64,000 bases of DNA. Source: Dehalococcoidia bacterium. Its GTDB lineage: Bacteria > Chloroflexota > Dehalococcoidia > Lucifugimonadales > UBA3495. The stretch is taken from NCBI GenBank assembly GCA_965232815.1, contig OZ247427.1:724846-788845 (forward strand). The letters are read 5' to 3'. Positions 1 to 10,446 of this stretch are shown here, in pieces. The translations under genes and the position numbers were made by a program. Position 1 is the first letter of the stretch. Every line of letters begins with the position of its first letter. The notes under the pieces were generated by a model. The model was not told the origin of the DNA, ran no database searches, and saw only the letters and a list, made by a program, of their open reading frames with translations.

Positions 1-327
1 TCTGAACCGCAGCCATACAGGCCAGATGTGGCCTGCCATGGCAGCGACGCCGCTCAGTAATCCGACGCCTGATACAGCGTCCCAGGAACTGGCCAGCGCA
101 TTGAACACCAGGACCGCAAAGAATCCCTTGGCGATGTCCACCGCCCCTACGAAGATTCCCCAGCGAGGGCCCAGTATCCGACTTACGTTGGCCGCCCCTG
201 CGTTGCCGTCGCCGGCCAGCCTGATGTCGGCAAGGGCGTTACCAACCTTTTGAGCGACCAAGTAGGCGGTCGGCAGGCTGCCCAGCAAGTAGCCCAGCAG
301 GACTGCCGCGCCGGACAGCCAAAGCAT
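1..327 (-). CDS. plsY: Glycerol-3-phosphate acyltransferase PlsY (partial, runs off window start)
   Basis: This ORF is missing from the ORF track because it is truncated by the window edge. Reverse translation from ATG at 327 gives MLWLSGAAVLLGYLLGSLPTAYLVAQKVG..AGDGNAGAANVSRILGPRWGIFVGAVDIAKG..HIWPVWLRF. That matches the PlsY G-x-G-N-x-G-A-x-N-V and D-x-x-KG motifs. The frame stays open to position 1. Confidence 0.75.
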   Translation of the reverse strand, partial: MLWLSGAAVLLGYLLGSLPTAYLVAQKVGNALADIRLAGDGNAGAANVSRILGPRWGIFVGAVDIAKGFFAVLVFNALASSWDAVSGVGLLSGVAAMAGHIWPVWLRFR

Positions 328-341
328 TTACCACGTTCCCG

Positions 342-1316
342 TCAGGCCGGTACGAGGCTCCCCGTCTTGACCTGGGTGCACCAGTGCCGGTACTTGGGGT
401 TGTTTCCCACCACGATGTCGAAGTACATGCGCTGCAACTCGCTAGTGATGGGTCCCGGTTCCCCGTTGGCGATGGGCCGGCAGTCGAGTTCCACCACTGG
501 CGTGAGGTGGGCGGCAGTGCCGCTGAGGAACACCTCGTCGGCGAGATACAGTTCGCTGCGGTCGATGGTCCGCATATCGATTTCCAGGCCCAACTCGTTG
601 CGGGCCAATTGCATCACGGTATCGCGGGTGATGCCGCCCAGCGCGTTGTCCTCGAGGCCAGGCGTATAGATGCGCCCGTCCTTGACCATGAACAGGTTTT
701 CGCCGGAACCCTCGGATACGTGCCCGTCGTGGTTCAGCAGGATGGCCTCGTCGAAGCCGCTCAGCGTGGCCTCGGTCTTCGCCAGGATGCTGTTGACGTA
801 GATGCCGCAGGCCTTGATCCGGGCGGGGATCATGGGGTCGTCCACGCGGCGCCAGGACGACGTGCAGCACCGAAGCCGGTCGCTGCCCAGGTAGTTGCCG
901 AACGGGACGGTGATCAGCGTGAAGTCGGCGGCGAGTTCCTGCAGCTTCAGGTTGGCGACCAGTTCCTCGCTCTTGTAGGCCAGCGGGCGGATGTATATGT
1001 CACTGATATGCCGGTTCCGCTCGACAAGCTGGGTGGTGATGTCGCAGAGTTCGTCGGCGGTATATGGGATGTCCAGCATCAGGATGCGGCAGCCGTCCAG
1101 CAGGCGGACGTAGTGCTCCCGCATGCGGAAGATGTTGATCGCTTCCTGTTCGGCGTTCCAGTTGCCGCGGATGCCTTCGAATACGCCGGTGCCGTAGTGC
1201 AGGGCATGGGTCATTACGCTTACTTTGGCCTCGCTTACCGGAACGAACTGGCCACGGAAGAAGACCTGCAGTTCGTCGGCGTTGAAGGAAGCCTGGCCAT
1301 TGGCGTTGGTAGTCAC
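342..1316 (-). CDS. ilvE: Branched-chain amino acid aminotransferase (class IV)
   Basis: ORF 342..1379. The motif EAKVSVMTHALHYGTGVFEGIRG is close to E. coli IlvE ([24 protein letters not shown]). I moved the start to GTG 1316, which has a GGGGG Shine-Dalgarno 6 nt upstream. ATG 1379 remains an alternative. Confidence 0.9.
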   Translation of the reverse strand: MTTNANGQASFNADELQVFFRGQFVPVSEAKVSVMTHALHYGTGVFEGIRGNWNAEQEAINIFRMREHYVRLLDGCRILMLDIPYTADELCDITTQLVERNRHISDIYIRPLAYKSEELVANLKLQELAADFTLITVPFGNYLGSDRLRCCTSSWRRVDDPMIPARIKACGIYVNSILAKTEATLSGFDEAILLNHDGHVSEGSGENLFMVKDGRIYTPGLEDNALGGITRDTVMQLARNELGLEIDMRTIDRSELYLADEVFLSGTAAHLTPVVELDCRPIANGEPGPITSELQRMYFDIVVGNNPKYRHWCTQVKTGSLVPA

Positions 1317-1649
1317 GTAATGCCCCCTTATGAGCAAAGATTGCCGGTCATTATAGCGGCCCCTATCGGGAGTTGCCAATCAGCGAGACCCGAGCGGTCG
1401 ACGCATTATACGGGGAATACTCTTTCGAGATGAGATCGTCGGTTATGCAGACGATTGGTGGTTTTACAAAAAACTCGCAAATGTGCATGTCCATTATGTC
1501 CCGTGCCGAGACGCCGTTTTGATATAACGGGCCCTACCAGGAGCGTCGGCTGCTCGCCTGTTTTACCACAACATGCCGTCGCTCCAACCCTCACGATAAA
1601 TTGCATAACCGAGCAGCCTCAGGTTGGCAGAGCAAAAGGAAATAAAACC

Positions 1650-2336
1650 ATGCCAGACCAATTTTCCGACGAACTCACTCAGCGATTGCGCAAGGCCGAA
1701 GAAGCGGCGGCATACGTGGAAAGGCTTGAAACCCTGGCCTCCGAAGCGCCCGCGCTGCGGGAGCAGGTCAGCATCATGCAGCGGATCCAGGAGCGCGAAC
1801 AGCACCGGAGCGATGCCATCGAGCGCGCCCGCTATGCCCTGGACGCAGCCAACCAGGCCCAGGAAAACCTCCCTGAAATAATCGCCAGCGCGGCCAACCT
1901 GGTCAACCGGCTGGCGGAGACCCTGCGAGAGGTTGACACCTTCCGACGCGAGGCCACCGCCGCCCTCAGCGTGGTCGACCGCATGGACTACGAGGACGAA
2001 CTGGACGAGATTCCGGAGCCGCAGGACCAGGATCAAGTGGACGGATACGGTCGCGATCCCCAATCCACCCGCATGATCATCGCCGCACGCCACGGCAGCA
2101 CCCGCGTGAGGCAGATGATCGATCAATTGTCTCCCGGATTCGAGGTGTTCGCCGGTTGCAACCTGGACGCCTCCCCCATGCGCCGGGAACTCACGAACAT
2201 GATCATGGCGCAGCTGGCGGCAGCGGCGGAGGCGAATCGGCCTCAACCGCGTCGGGCTGCACCGCCACCACCACCGCCGCAGATGTCCGAGCCGCCGGCC
2301 CCGGTCGCACACGAAACCGGCGCCTCTGACGCCTGA
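1650..2336 (+). CDS. Hypothetical protein, coiled-coil N-terminus and proline-rich C-terminus
   Basis: This is the inner ATG of ORF 1455..2336, preceded by AAAGGA (1635-1640). The product starts MPDQFSDELTQRLRKAEEAAAYVERLE and ends in a PPPPPPQMSEPPAP tail. I recognise no family. Confidence 0.5.
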   Translation: MPDQFSDELTQRLRKAEEAAAYVERLETLASEAPALREQVSIMQRIQEREQHRSDAIERARYALDAANQAQENLPEIIASAANLVNRLAETLREVDTFRREATAALSVVDRMDYEDELDEIPEPQDQDQVDGYGRDPQSTRMIIAARHGSTRVRQMIDQLSPGFEVFAGCNLDASPMRRELTNMIMAQLAAAAEANRPQPRRAAPPPPPPQMSEPPAPVAHETGASDA

Positions 2337-2388
2337 CCTCCGGACAAACATCCGGTCCGCAAGCGCGACCCAATAACTCATGACACGC

Positions 2389-2411
2389 AGGGCGGGATTC
2401 ACACCCGCCCT
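2389..2411 (+). terminator. Hairpin AGGGCGGG-attcaca-CCCGCCCT downstream of the hypothetical gene
   Basis: A perfect 8-bp GC stem with a 7-nt loop lies 53 nt after the stop at 2336. The downstream T-tract is weak (cattgc). Confidence 0.35.
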
Positions 2412-2674
2412 CATTGCTGCTGGCAAATGGCATCCATGGGAGGGTTGCGGGTCCGCAGTCGCAGTTGTCATTCGTCGGGAGCGGCGGCCGGCTGCTCAGC
2501 CAGAGCAATTCCGCCGCGGATACCGTGCCATACCTGCCGTTATGGTATGATTCCGTCCGGTTTGCCGCGTCCGGGCACGATCCGGCGCTGCTTTTTTGCA
2601 TGACAGGACTCTGAGGATACTGATGGCGGTTCCGGCAATTTTGACCAACGCCGTCCGCCCAAACGCTGTATAGC

Positions 2675-5600
2675 TTGTTGCAGAATCTGGCACTTCTGCT
2701 TTGGCTGCTGCCCCGACGCTTGCGTTCGGCGTGGGGGCTCTTGGCGGTGACCGCCTTTGGGGTGCTCGCCGCAGTCACTATCATGGCCCTGGGCGCCATG
2801 TATTCCCAGGCCCTGGCGGAGGCAGGACTTCGCCACGCCCTGGCCACCACTTCGCCAACGATCATCAACACGCAGGTCGTGGTGCGCAACCGGCCATTGG
2901 GACCCGAGGACTACGCAGCCCTGCGCGTCGATATTGAGGACACCATCTCATCGGACGTGGGCTACCTGATCCGGAACGTGCACCGTTACGCCAAGATGCT
3001 GCCCACCCTGCCAGTGACCCAGGCGGGCGCGCCGTATGGGGTGGATGACTCTCCCCTGGGCCGTCCTTTTTTCGTCACCGGATTCACGGAAAATACCCGG
3101 TTGGTCGATGGCCGATGGCCGTCGGATACGGTCACCAGGGACGCCGGCGGCTGCCCCAGCCAAGAGGGCGGCTGCCCCAAGATTGAAGGGGTGATGGGCG
3201 TCGACACCGCCCGCCTGCTGGGTTGGGAAGTGGGCAAAGAGACCTGGCTGGTGGTGTACGAGGGCGACGATGAGGAGGCTCCCCAGTACATTGCGGTGAC
3301 CATCGTGGGCCTCATGGAACCCATCGACCCGCGAGCCGAGTACTGGATGGGAGCGGCCGACTACTTCCGGTTTGGCGATTGGGAGGGCCGGCCGGTCGCT
3401 CCCATCTACGTGTCCGAAAACACGTACTTCAACGGCGTCGGAAAACCGTACCCCACGCTGGTCGGCGACTACGGGTGGTTCCTGTACATCATACCCGACC
3501 TGATTACCGCCGAAACTGTCCAGGACACTCGGGACAACCTCACCGCGCTGGAAACCAACATCAACGGACAATTTCCGCGTTCGTACATCCTGACCGGCCT
3601 GGAAAACAGCCGCGGGACGGGCGTGCTCGCCACCTACCAGCGCGAGTTGACCCTGGCCCGCGCGCCGTTATTCCTGTTCATATCCCTAGTGGTAGTGGTG
3701 ATCCTGTACTTCCTGGCGTTGGCGGTTGGCCTGCTGGCGGGAGCGCGATCCTCCGAATCATCGATGATGCGCAGCCGCGGCGCCAGCGTGGGTCAGATCA
3801 GCGGTTTGCTGGCCGTGGGCGAAGGTCTGCTGGTGGTGCTCGCCACCATCATTGGGCCAGTGCTGGCCTGGGGCATTGGGAACGTATTCCTCCTGGGTTC
3901 CATCAATCCCGCCGATCGGGCCGGCGTAGGGGAAACTCCGCTGGACGTGACGCTGTCCTGGCAGATGTTCGCCATGGGATCCATCGGCGGTCTGCTGAGC
4001 CTGGCGGTGCTGACCGTGGCGGGCGGGAGCCTGGCGCGTCTTGGCATACTGGACTTCCTGCGCGCCCGGGCGCGGCCACCCTCGGCCCCGTGGCTGCAGC
4101 GATACTACATCGATGTGCTTGCGGTGATCGCCCTTGGCGTATTGATCTGGCAGATCCGGCAAAGGGGCGGGTTCGTGGAAGGAACCCTGACCGGACGCGG
4201 GCCGTCGTTGGATCCATCGCTGCTGGTGGCCCCGTCTGCCGCCCTGCTCACGCTGGCTTTCCTGATGTTGCGGGCACTCCCGTGGCTGATGATTGCGACC
4301 GCGTGGGTCTCGCAGCGCCTGGCGCCGGCGTGGGTGGCGCTGTCGCTGAGGCGGATGGCTCGTTACCCGCTGCCGTATGCCTCGCTGACCGTGGTCGTAA
4401 CGCTGGCGGCTGCCCTGGGGGTCTTCGCCGGTTCGTTCCAGACCACGCTGGCCAAGAGCGAATCGGATCAGGCCAGCTACCGCACCGGCGGGGACATGGT
4501 GCTGAGCGGCGCCCGTTTCCTGGGCCGCGCTGAGAAAGATCGGCTGGAGCGGCTGCACGCCATCGAGGGAGTGGAGTCAGTGACGCCCGTGGTCCGCGAG
4601 TCAGTTGGGTTTGTGGATGGAGGAGCGCAGCGCGGGGTGGTTATGGGGGTCGACCCAATCACCATGCCCGACGCCTCCTGGTGGCGTGACGATTTCGTTG
4701 ATGGCGAACCCGTCTCGCTGGATACTCTGCTGGCTCCCCTGCGCCGCACCCTGACGCCGGAAGCATCGGGAGCGGCCCTGCCGCAAGGAACGGAACGGGC
4801 CGGGGTATGGGTGAGACGCGACGACGGACAACACGTGGGCGCGGCAGTGCCGCTGCCCTCCTACCGCCTGTGGATGCGTATCGGAAACGACCAGGGACGG
4901 TATCGCAATCTGGAGATGGGAGTATTGGCGCCGCAGTTTGGCGAGGGCGAACCGTGGCAGTATCTCTCCGCCCCGCTGGCCGGAGAACATACCATCCTGT
5001 CGCCGGACGAACGCTGGCGGGTGGTGTCCCTGCACATCTCCGGGGATACATTCTCCCGCACTCCTCCGGGCGGGCTGTCCTTTGACGATATAACCGCGGA
5101 AGGCTCCGATCTGCCGGGCGGCGCCGTGGTGGTGGAAGGTTTTGAGGAGGTTGGACCGTGGACCGCCCTCCCGCAGGGCGGCGCGGTGGCCGACCGTACC
5201 GAGCGAGTGCCGGACGCCGCGCGCTCCGGTGACGCGGGCATGTCGATCCGGTGGGAGGAACCATTGGGCCGATCGCCCAGGGGCATCGTGATCCCGCCGG
5301 GCCAGTTGCCATTGCCGGCGATCGCCGGCCCAGGATTCGAAGCTGGCCAGCGCGTACGGATAACCGTCGACGGCTACGTGGTTCCCACCAGGGTCACCGC
5401 TATCGTGAATCATTTCCCCACGCTCGACACCGGCCGTCCGTTTGTTGTGGTGTCGGCCCACGAACTGCGGGCGTGGCTGGCCCAGGCGCCCGGCGCGAAC
5501 CCAATCACGCCCGACGAGTGGTGGTTTGACATTGCGGACGATCCGAACCTGGACCGGGAAGCGGTGGCCTCGGCCATACTGGACGTCGGGTACCGTCTCT

Positions 5601-6085
5601 CATTCCTGCGCGACCGCGACGCTGCGGTGGATCTGGCGACGAGGAACCCCCTGGCCGGCGGAGCGTGGGATGCCTTGACCGCCATCGGCCTGGCTTCGCT
5701 GGCGCTGGCGGTGGGATTGGCCCTCTGCGCCCACGCTGCGGTGGCCGTACGCGAGCAGCGCATTGACCTGTCCGTGGGCGCGGCCCTTGGTTTGCCCCGC
5801 TGGCAGCGGTACGCGGGGTTGGCGATGGAGCGCGCCATCATCGGCATATTCGGCATCATCATCGGGGGCCTGGCCGGCTGGGCCCTGGCGCGCTGGACCC
5901 TGGGTGAACTGGCGAGCAACGCATCTGGCGGGCCGGTAACGCCTCCAATAGTTTTCATTGCCCAGGGGCCATGGTTGGCTGCCACGTTCCTGTGCCTCGT
6001 CATCGCGGCGGCGGCGGCCATGGCTCTGGCCGCGACTGCGGCCGGCCGGCTGCGCCCGCCTGAAGTGCTGCGGGAGACCGAGTGA
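2675..6085 (+). CDS. Large FtsX-family ABC transporter permease (two FtsX modules, large extracytoplasmic domains)
   Basis: 1136 aa. There are two TM clusters with FtsX-type signatures (..SESSMMRSRGASVGQISGLLAVGEGLL.. and ..VREQRIDLSVGAALGLPRWQRYAGLAMERAIIG..) separated by long soluble regions. The start is TTG 2675, right after an in-frame TAG. Confidence 0.8.
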   Translation: MLQNLALLLWLLPRRLRSAWGLLAVTAFGVLAAVTIMALGAMYSQALAEAGLRHALATTSPTIINTQVVVRNRPLGPEDYAALRVDIEDTISSDVGYLIRNVHRYAKMLPTLPVTQAGAPYGVDDSPLGRPFFVTGFTENTRLVDGRWPSDTVTRDAGGCPSQEGGCPKIEGVMGVDTARLLGWEVGKETWLVVYEGDDEEAPQYIAVTIVGLMEPIDPRAEYWMGAADYFRFGDWEGRPVAPIYVSENTYFNGVGKPYPTLVGDYGWFLYIIPDLITAETVQDTRDNLTALETNINGQFPRSYILTGLENSRGTGVLATYQRELTLARAPLFLFISLVVVVILYFLALAVGLLAGARSSESSMMRSRGASVGQISGLLAVGEGLLVVLATIIGPVLAWGIGNVFLLGSINPADRAGVGETPLDVTLSWQMFAMGSIGGLLSLAVLTVAGGSLARLGILDFLRARARPPSAPWLQRYYIDVLAVIALGVLIWQIRQRGGFVEGTLTGRGPSLDPSLLVAPSAALLTLAFLMLRALPWLMIATAWVSQRLAPAWVALSLRRMARYPLPYASLTVVVTLAAALGVFAGSFQTTLAKSESDQASYRTGGDMVLSGARFLGRAEKDRLERLHAIEGVESVTPVVRESVGFVDGGAQRGVVMGVDPITMPDASWWRDDFVDGEPVSLDTLLAPLRRTLTPEASGAALPQGTERAGVWVRRDDGQHVGAAVPLPSYRLWMRIGNDQGRYRNLEMGVLAPQFGEGEPWQYLSAPLAGEHTILSPDERWRVVSLHISGDTFSRTPPGGLSFDDITAEGSDLPGGAVVVEGFEEVGPWTALPQGGAVADRTERVPDAARSGDAGMSIRWEEPLGRSPRGIVIPPGQLPLPAIAGPGFEAGQRVRITVDGYVVPTRVTAIVNHFPTLDTGRPFVVVSAHELRAWLAQAPGANPITPDEWWFDIADDPNLDREAVASAILDVGYRLSFLRDRDAAVDLATRNPLAGGAWDALTAIGLASLALAVGLALCAHAAVAVREQRIDLSVGAALGLPRWQRYAGLAMERAIIGIFGIIIGGLAGWALARWTLGELASNASGGPVTPPIVFIAQGPWLAATFLCLVIAAAAAMALAATAAGRLRPPEVLRETE

Positions 6086-9000
6086 TGACCGCCATCCTGA
6101 ACCTCGGATACGTTTTGGCCCGCCGGCGACTGATGTCGTCCTTCCGGATCGAGCTAACGGTTTTGCTCGGGGTCACGCTGGCCGTGGTGCTGTTGGCCAG
6201 CGCGGTGGTATTCAACGACCTCCTGGCGGAAACCGCGCTGCGCAGAACGCTGACGGAATCCGAATCTGGCGACGTCAACATGTGGGTACGGGTGTTCAAC
6301 GACCTGGATGATCCACGCACCGCGACCGCCGCCAGTGATAGATACCGGAACGCCCAGCGATTCGTGGCACAGCGCGTGCTGCCGCCCCTGGGTGACGCCA
6401 TCGGCGCGACGTCTTTCCAGGTGGAAACCGCGACCTTCTACTTTACCGGCAAACCCAACCTCGACCTGCCCAACGACGTGCGGCCCCGAGGTCGCGTGCA
6501 GTATTTGTCCGGGTTCCAGGAGGGTAAAGGACGGTTGGTGCAAGGACGGTGGCCCGGCGTCTCCGGTGACGGCGGCTACGATGACGCCACGGGCGCCACC
6601 GACAACATAGTGATCGAAGTGGCGGTGGATCAGACCGGTTTCGAGTTCCTGGGGGTCCCGTTGGGCGAAGGATTCGGAATCATACCGGCCACAGGAGGCG
6701 ATGGGCAACCCACCACGCAGGTTGTGCTCGTGGGCATCGTCGAGCCCACCGATCGGGATGAGGAATACTGGTACCGTCGCGACAAACTGCTCTCGTATCA
6801 CGATGACGACTGGACGCTGGTACCGCTGTTTGTGTCGGAGGAGGGCCTGCGTCAGCAAATGGCGCGGCGATACCCGGGCATCTACACCAGTTCGGCGTGG
6901 TTCCTGCAGGTCGACCGCAACGGCCTGCCGGCTAAGAAGGTGGACGAGTTCCAGTTGTCCTTACGGCAGGTGCGACGCAACGTGGCAAACTTCCTGCCCA
7001 ACGGCAGCACGTCCACCGGCCTCGTAAGGATATTGGAGGACCATGAGGAACGACTCCTGCTGGCCCGCATACCGTTGTTCCTGATGGTGTTCCTGGTCAC
7101 GGGGATACTCGCGTACTACCTGACCATCACCGGCGGCATGGTGATCCGCGCCAGGGCCGCTGAAATCGCGATGTTGAAAAGCAGGGGGGCGACGACATTC
7201 CAGATTGGCGTGCTAACGTTGGTGGAGGGATTCCTTCTGGCCGTGCCGGCGGTGGTGGTCGGGGTTCTGGTATCCCCATTGTTGGCCAAGGCCCTGGGCG
7301 GTCTGGTGTTTGACGCGGCATCGTCGGGGGCGCCCGTTTCCCTCTCCTGGCAGGCGCTGGGCATGGGCGCGGCCGGCGCAGCGCTGGCGGTGCTCGTGTT
7401 GTCATTGGCGACCCTGGCGGCCGCCGGCAAGAGCATCGTCGAGTTCAGGCAGGCCGGCGCCCGGCCCGCGCAAACACCGTTCGTTCACCGGTATTACCTG
7501 GACCTGCTGGCTTTGGTTGTAATCGCGTTCCTGTGGTGGCAGATCTCCAACCGGGGAACCGTGCTCACGCGCAGCCTGGGCGGCCGAGAACTTGAGATAG
7601 ATTTCGCGTTGCTGTTGGGGCCTGCTTTGGGCCTGATCGCCCTGGGCCTGCTGGTGATGCGCTTTTTCCCCATGGCCATGGGATTGCTGTCTCGGGCGGT
7701 GGGCCCCGTGGGTCCCGGCTGGCTGGTGCAGGGCCTGCGTCACATCGCCCGCGACCCCATTGCGCCGGGCAGTCTGGTTGCCCTGCTCATGCTGGCGACC
7801 GCCCTGGGCGTGGTGGGCAGCGCGTTTTCGGCCACGTTGACGCAGAGCCTGGACGATAGAGTCCGATACGAGACGGGGGCCGACATACGCGTCCAGCACG
7901 ACGCCGGACGCATCCCGCGAGCCTATTCCGGCGCCTCCAACCTGGTGCCCAATTCCGCCGAGGTGATGCGAACCGAAGGCAGCCTCTTGACCGAGGGTTT
8001 TGGCTCGCAGCGGGTGTCGGTGCTGGGAGTGGAGTCGGAACGACTGGCCGACGTCGCATGGTGGCGAGAGGACTTCGGGGACGGAAACACTCTGCCCGAT
8101 TTGATGGCCCAGATCACCCCCAACCCGGACGCTCCGGACGGGATTCCATTGCCCGAGAACGTGACCGGTCTCTCGCTGTGGGCTCGCACCGGCGCTCTGC
8201 CGAACCGATTGATCAACGTATCGGCCCGGCTGCGAGACGACGCCGGCCGTCACTACGACATACCGATGGGAGACGTGACCGGCAGGGATTGGCAGAAACT
8301 GGAAGGGGACATCGCTCTGCGCCTGGGACGGACCGGTCGGCCCACAGAGGACGACCAGCGTCCCCGGGTGGACGTGCCGCCGCACACATTCATCAATCTG
8401 CAAATAGTGGGGCGTACCGGTGGCGACAGGCCCGGTGTGGTTTTTCTGAGTGAGTTGATCGCGCATACGCCCCAGGGCGATGTTGTGGTTGACCCGTTCA
8501 ACACCGCGGATGAGTGGACGGTGATCGAGGATTACGTCCGGCCCGGGCTCTACTCTTTCGAAACCAGCCGAAACGTCTCCCGCACCGGAACGGGCGGCTC
8601 GACCGTGTTCAGCTGGTCGCCAGGCGGAATCGGCGCGCCGGGCGTGAGACCGGGTTCCACCACGCCGCCATTGCCGGTGGTGGTCAGCCCCGAGATCCTG
8701 GACGCCGCCGGAGCAGAGGTGGGAGACACCATAAATCTCGGATTGTCCACCTTCGCCCTACCCGTGCAGATCAACGGCGTCACGGATTTCTTCCCCACCG
8801 TGGACCCGCGGGAGCAGCCGTTCGTCATCGCGGATCTGGGCGCGTTCGTGAACTATTCGAACCAGCACGGACGCCGCATTTTTGGCGGCGCGAGCGAGCT
8901 TTGGGTAGACCGTGAGATCCCGCTTGGCGATCTCACTCGGGCCCAGGCCCAAGCTGAAGCCACGGCCAACGCAATCCACAATATCGGAATAAACACCGGC

Positions 9001-9489
9001 CGCGTGATCATCGCAGAGGAGGAGGTGGCGCTGCGCGGACAGCAACCCCTGGCAAACGCCGGCTGGGGCGGATTGTTGGTTATCATGTTCCTGGCTCTCG
9101 CGCTGGCCAGCGCGACCGGCATCGCCCTGTTCTGCTGGCTGGACACACGGGAGCGCCAGACCGAGTTCGCCCTGCTGCGAACCCTGGGAAGCAGCCGGGG
9201 ACAACTCAACGCCGTGGTGTGGTTCAACCTGGCGGTGGTGGTAATCGCAGGAGTCGCGGTGGGAACGTGGGCCGGCGCGCAGATCGGCGCAGCCCTCCTG
9301 CCGGTGCTCGAAGTAGCCGAGGGCGGAGTGCGCGCCACCCCGCCGCTAACCTTTGAGACCGACTGGCGGATGTTGGCGCTGGCCTACGCGGTGCTGGCGG
9401 TGGTCAGCATTGTGTCCGTGATCTGGCTGGCCTATGTGACCGGACGGCTGGAAGTCCAACGGGTGCTGCGAGCCGGCGAGGGCGGCTGA
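6082..9489 (+). CDS. Large FtsX-family ABC transporter permease, paralogue of the upstream gene
   Basis: 1135 aa. There is a 4-nt ATGA overlap with the upstream stop. FtsX signatures are ..RAAEIAMLKSRGATTFQIGVLTLVEGFLL.. and ..TRERQTEFALLRTLGSSRGQLNAVVWFNLAVV... Confidence 0.8.
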   Translation: MMTAILNLGYVLARRRLMSSFRIELTVLLGVTLAVVLLASAVVFNDLLAETALRRTLTESESGDVNMWVRVFNDLDDPRTATAASDRYRNAQRFVAQRVLPPLGDAIGATSFQVETATFYFTGKPNLDLPNDVRPRGRVQYLSGFQEGKGRLVQGRWPGVSGDGGYDDATGATDNIVIEVAVDQTGFEFLGVPLGEGFGIIPATGGDGQPTTQVVLVGIVEPTDRDEEYWYRRDKLLSYHDDDWTLVPLFVSEEGLRQQMARRYPGIYTSSAWFLQVDRNGLPAKKVDEFQLSLRQVRRNVANFLPNGSTSTGLVRILEDHEERLLLARIPLFLMVFLVTGILAYYLTITGGMVIRARAAEIAMLKSRGATTFQIGVLTLVEGFLLAVPAVVVGVLVSPLLAKALGGLVFDAASSGAPVSLSWQALGMGAAGAALAVLVLSLATLAAAGKSIVEFRQAGARPAQTPFVHRYYLDLLALVVIAFLWWQISNRGTVLTRSLGGRELEIDFALLLGPALGLIALGLLVMRFFPMAMGLLSRAVGPVGPGWLVQGLRHIARDPIAPGSLVALLMLATALGVVGSAFSATLTQSLDDRVRYETGADIRVQHDAGRIPRAYSGASNLVPNSAEVMRTEGSLLTEGFGSQRVSVLGVESERLADVAWWREDFGDGNTLPDLMAQITPNPDAPDGIPLPENVTGLSLWARTGALPNRLINVSARLRDDAGRHYDIPMGDVTGRDWQKLEGDIALRLGRTGRPTEDDQRPRVDVPPHTFINLQIVGRTGGDRPGVVFLSELIAHTPQGDVVVDPFNTADEWTVIEDYVRPGLYSFETSRNVSRTGTGGSTVFSWSPGGIGAPGVRPGSTTPPLPVVVSPEILDAAGAEVGDTINLGLSTFALPVQINGVTDFFPTVDPREQPFVIADLGAFVNYSNQHGRRIFGGASELWVDREIPLGDLTRAQAQAEATANAIHNIGINTGRVIIAEEEVALRGQQPLANAGWGGLLVIMFLALALASATGIALFCWLDTRERQTEFALLRTLGSSRGQLNAVVWFNLAVVVIAGVAVGTWAGAQIGAALLPVLEVAEGGVRATPPLTFETDWRMLALAYAVLAVVSIVSVIWLAYVTGRLEVQRVLRAGEGG

Positions 9490-9546
9490 CGCCAGCGCGT
9501 CTAGTCCGGCAATCGCACCCTATTCGCGTCGCCATCGCGCCGGAGA

Positions 9547-10446
9547 CTAAACCAGACCCAGGCTGCGGCACATCTCCAGCATCGCCTTGGCGGTTTCCTC
9601 GTGGGCCACGTCAACCATGTCGCCGGCGTACGTAACGGCGGCAGTGCCCAGCCTCCGGCTTTCATCCATTGCGTCCAGCAGGCCTTGCCAGAACGCGATT
9701 TCCTCGGGCGATGGCGTGAATATCTCGTTCACGATGGGCACATGGGACGGGTGGATCAGGTGCATCCCGGTATAGCCCAGCGCCTTAAGATTGTTGGCCC
9801 AGAACCGCAGTCCGTCGAGGTCGCGGATGTCGAACCAGCCGCCGCTTATGGGCCACTGTATGCCGGCGGCGCGGCTGTCAATGAGCACCTTGCTCCGTAG
9901 ATACAGAGTCTCCGCTCCCTCCAGGGTCCAGCGGTAACCGACGCTCCTTGCGGTGTCGCCGCCCTTCCCGCCGCTGCCGCCCATGTGGGCCACGCGGTCC
10001 GATGCCATGGCGATGTCGTAGGCCATGCGGATGCCCGAGGCGGTTTCCAACCCGGGGTCGATGCAGACGGTGTTCAGTTCCATGCCCGCCTTGCGCTCGA
10101 AATACCGCAGCAGCACGTCTGCCTCCACCACGTCGGCCGGCGACTCCACCTTGGGCAGCAGGATTCCGTACAGGCCGGGCCGGGTCACCGCTTCCAGATC
10201 GAATCCGGTCAGTCCGGTTTCCAGCCGATTGACGCGTACGAACAGCGTCTGGCCGCGTTCCGAAAGTTCGTCGATCATCCTGGCCACCACCGGACGGGCG
10301 GCGTCCTTGTCATACTCCGGCACCGAGTCTTCCAGGTCTAGGATGAGCGCGTCCGGACCGTACTGGGGCGCCTTGCGCATCCAGTCCTCCTTGTTGCCAG
10401 GGACGAACATGACGGAGCGCAGGGGTTTCGTGGTGATGCGTGGCAT
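9547..10446 (-). CDS. HpcH/HpaI aldolase / citrate lyase beta (CitE)-like, malyl-CoA-lyase-type enzyme
   Basis: The motif RSVMFVPGNKEDWMRKAPQYGPDALILDLEDSV is a typical CitE-family N-terminus. The start is ATG 10446 with GGAGGA 9 nt upstream; the ORF track start 10479 is less likely. Confidence 0.8.
   Translation of the reverse strand: MPRITTKPLRSVMFVPGNKEDWMRKAPQYGPDALILDLEDSVPEYDKDAARPVVARMIDELSERGQTLFVRVNRLETGLTGFDLEAVTRPGLYGILLPKVESPADVVEADVLLRYFERKAGMELNTVCIDPGLETASGIRMAYDIAMASDRVAHMGGSGGKGGDTARSVGYRWTLEGAETLYLRSKVLIDSRAAGIQWPISGGWFDIRDLDGLRFWANNLKALGYTGMHLIHPSHVPIVNEIFTPSPEEIAFWQGLLDAMDESRRLGTAAVTYAGDMVDVAHEETAKAMLEMCRSLGLV

Noticed and set aside
384-1433. 349-aa plus-strand ORF fully overlapping ilvE
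   Set aside because: It is an antisense shadow ORF, typical of high-GC DNA. The product is a low-complexity G/A/V/D/H-rich sequence with no family resemblance, while the opposite strand encodes an unmistakable IlvE.
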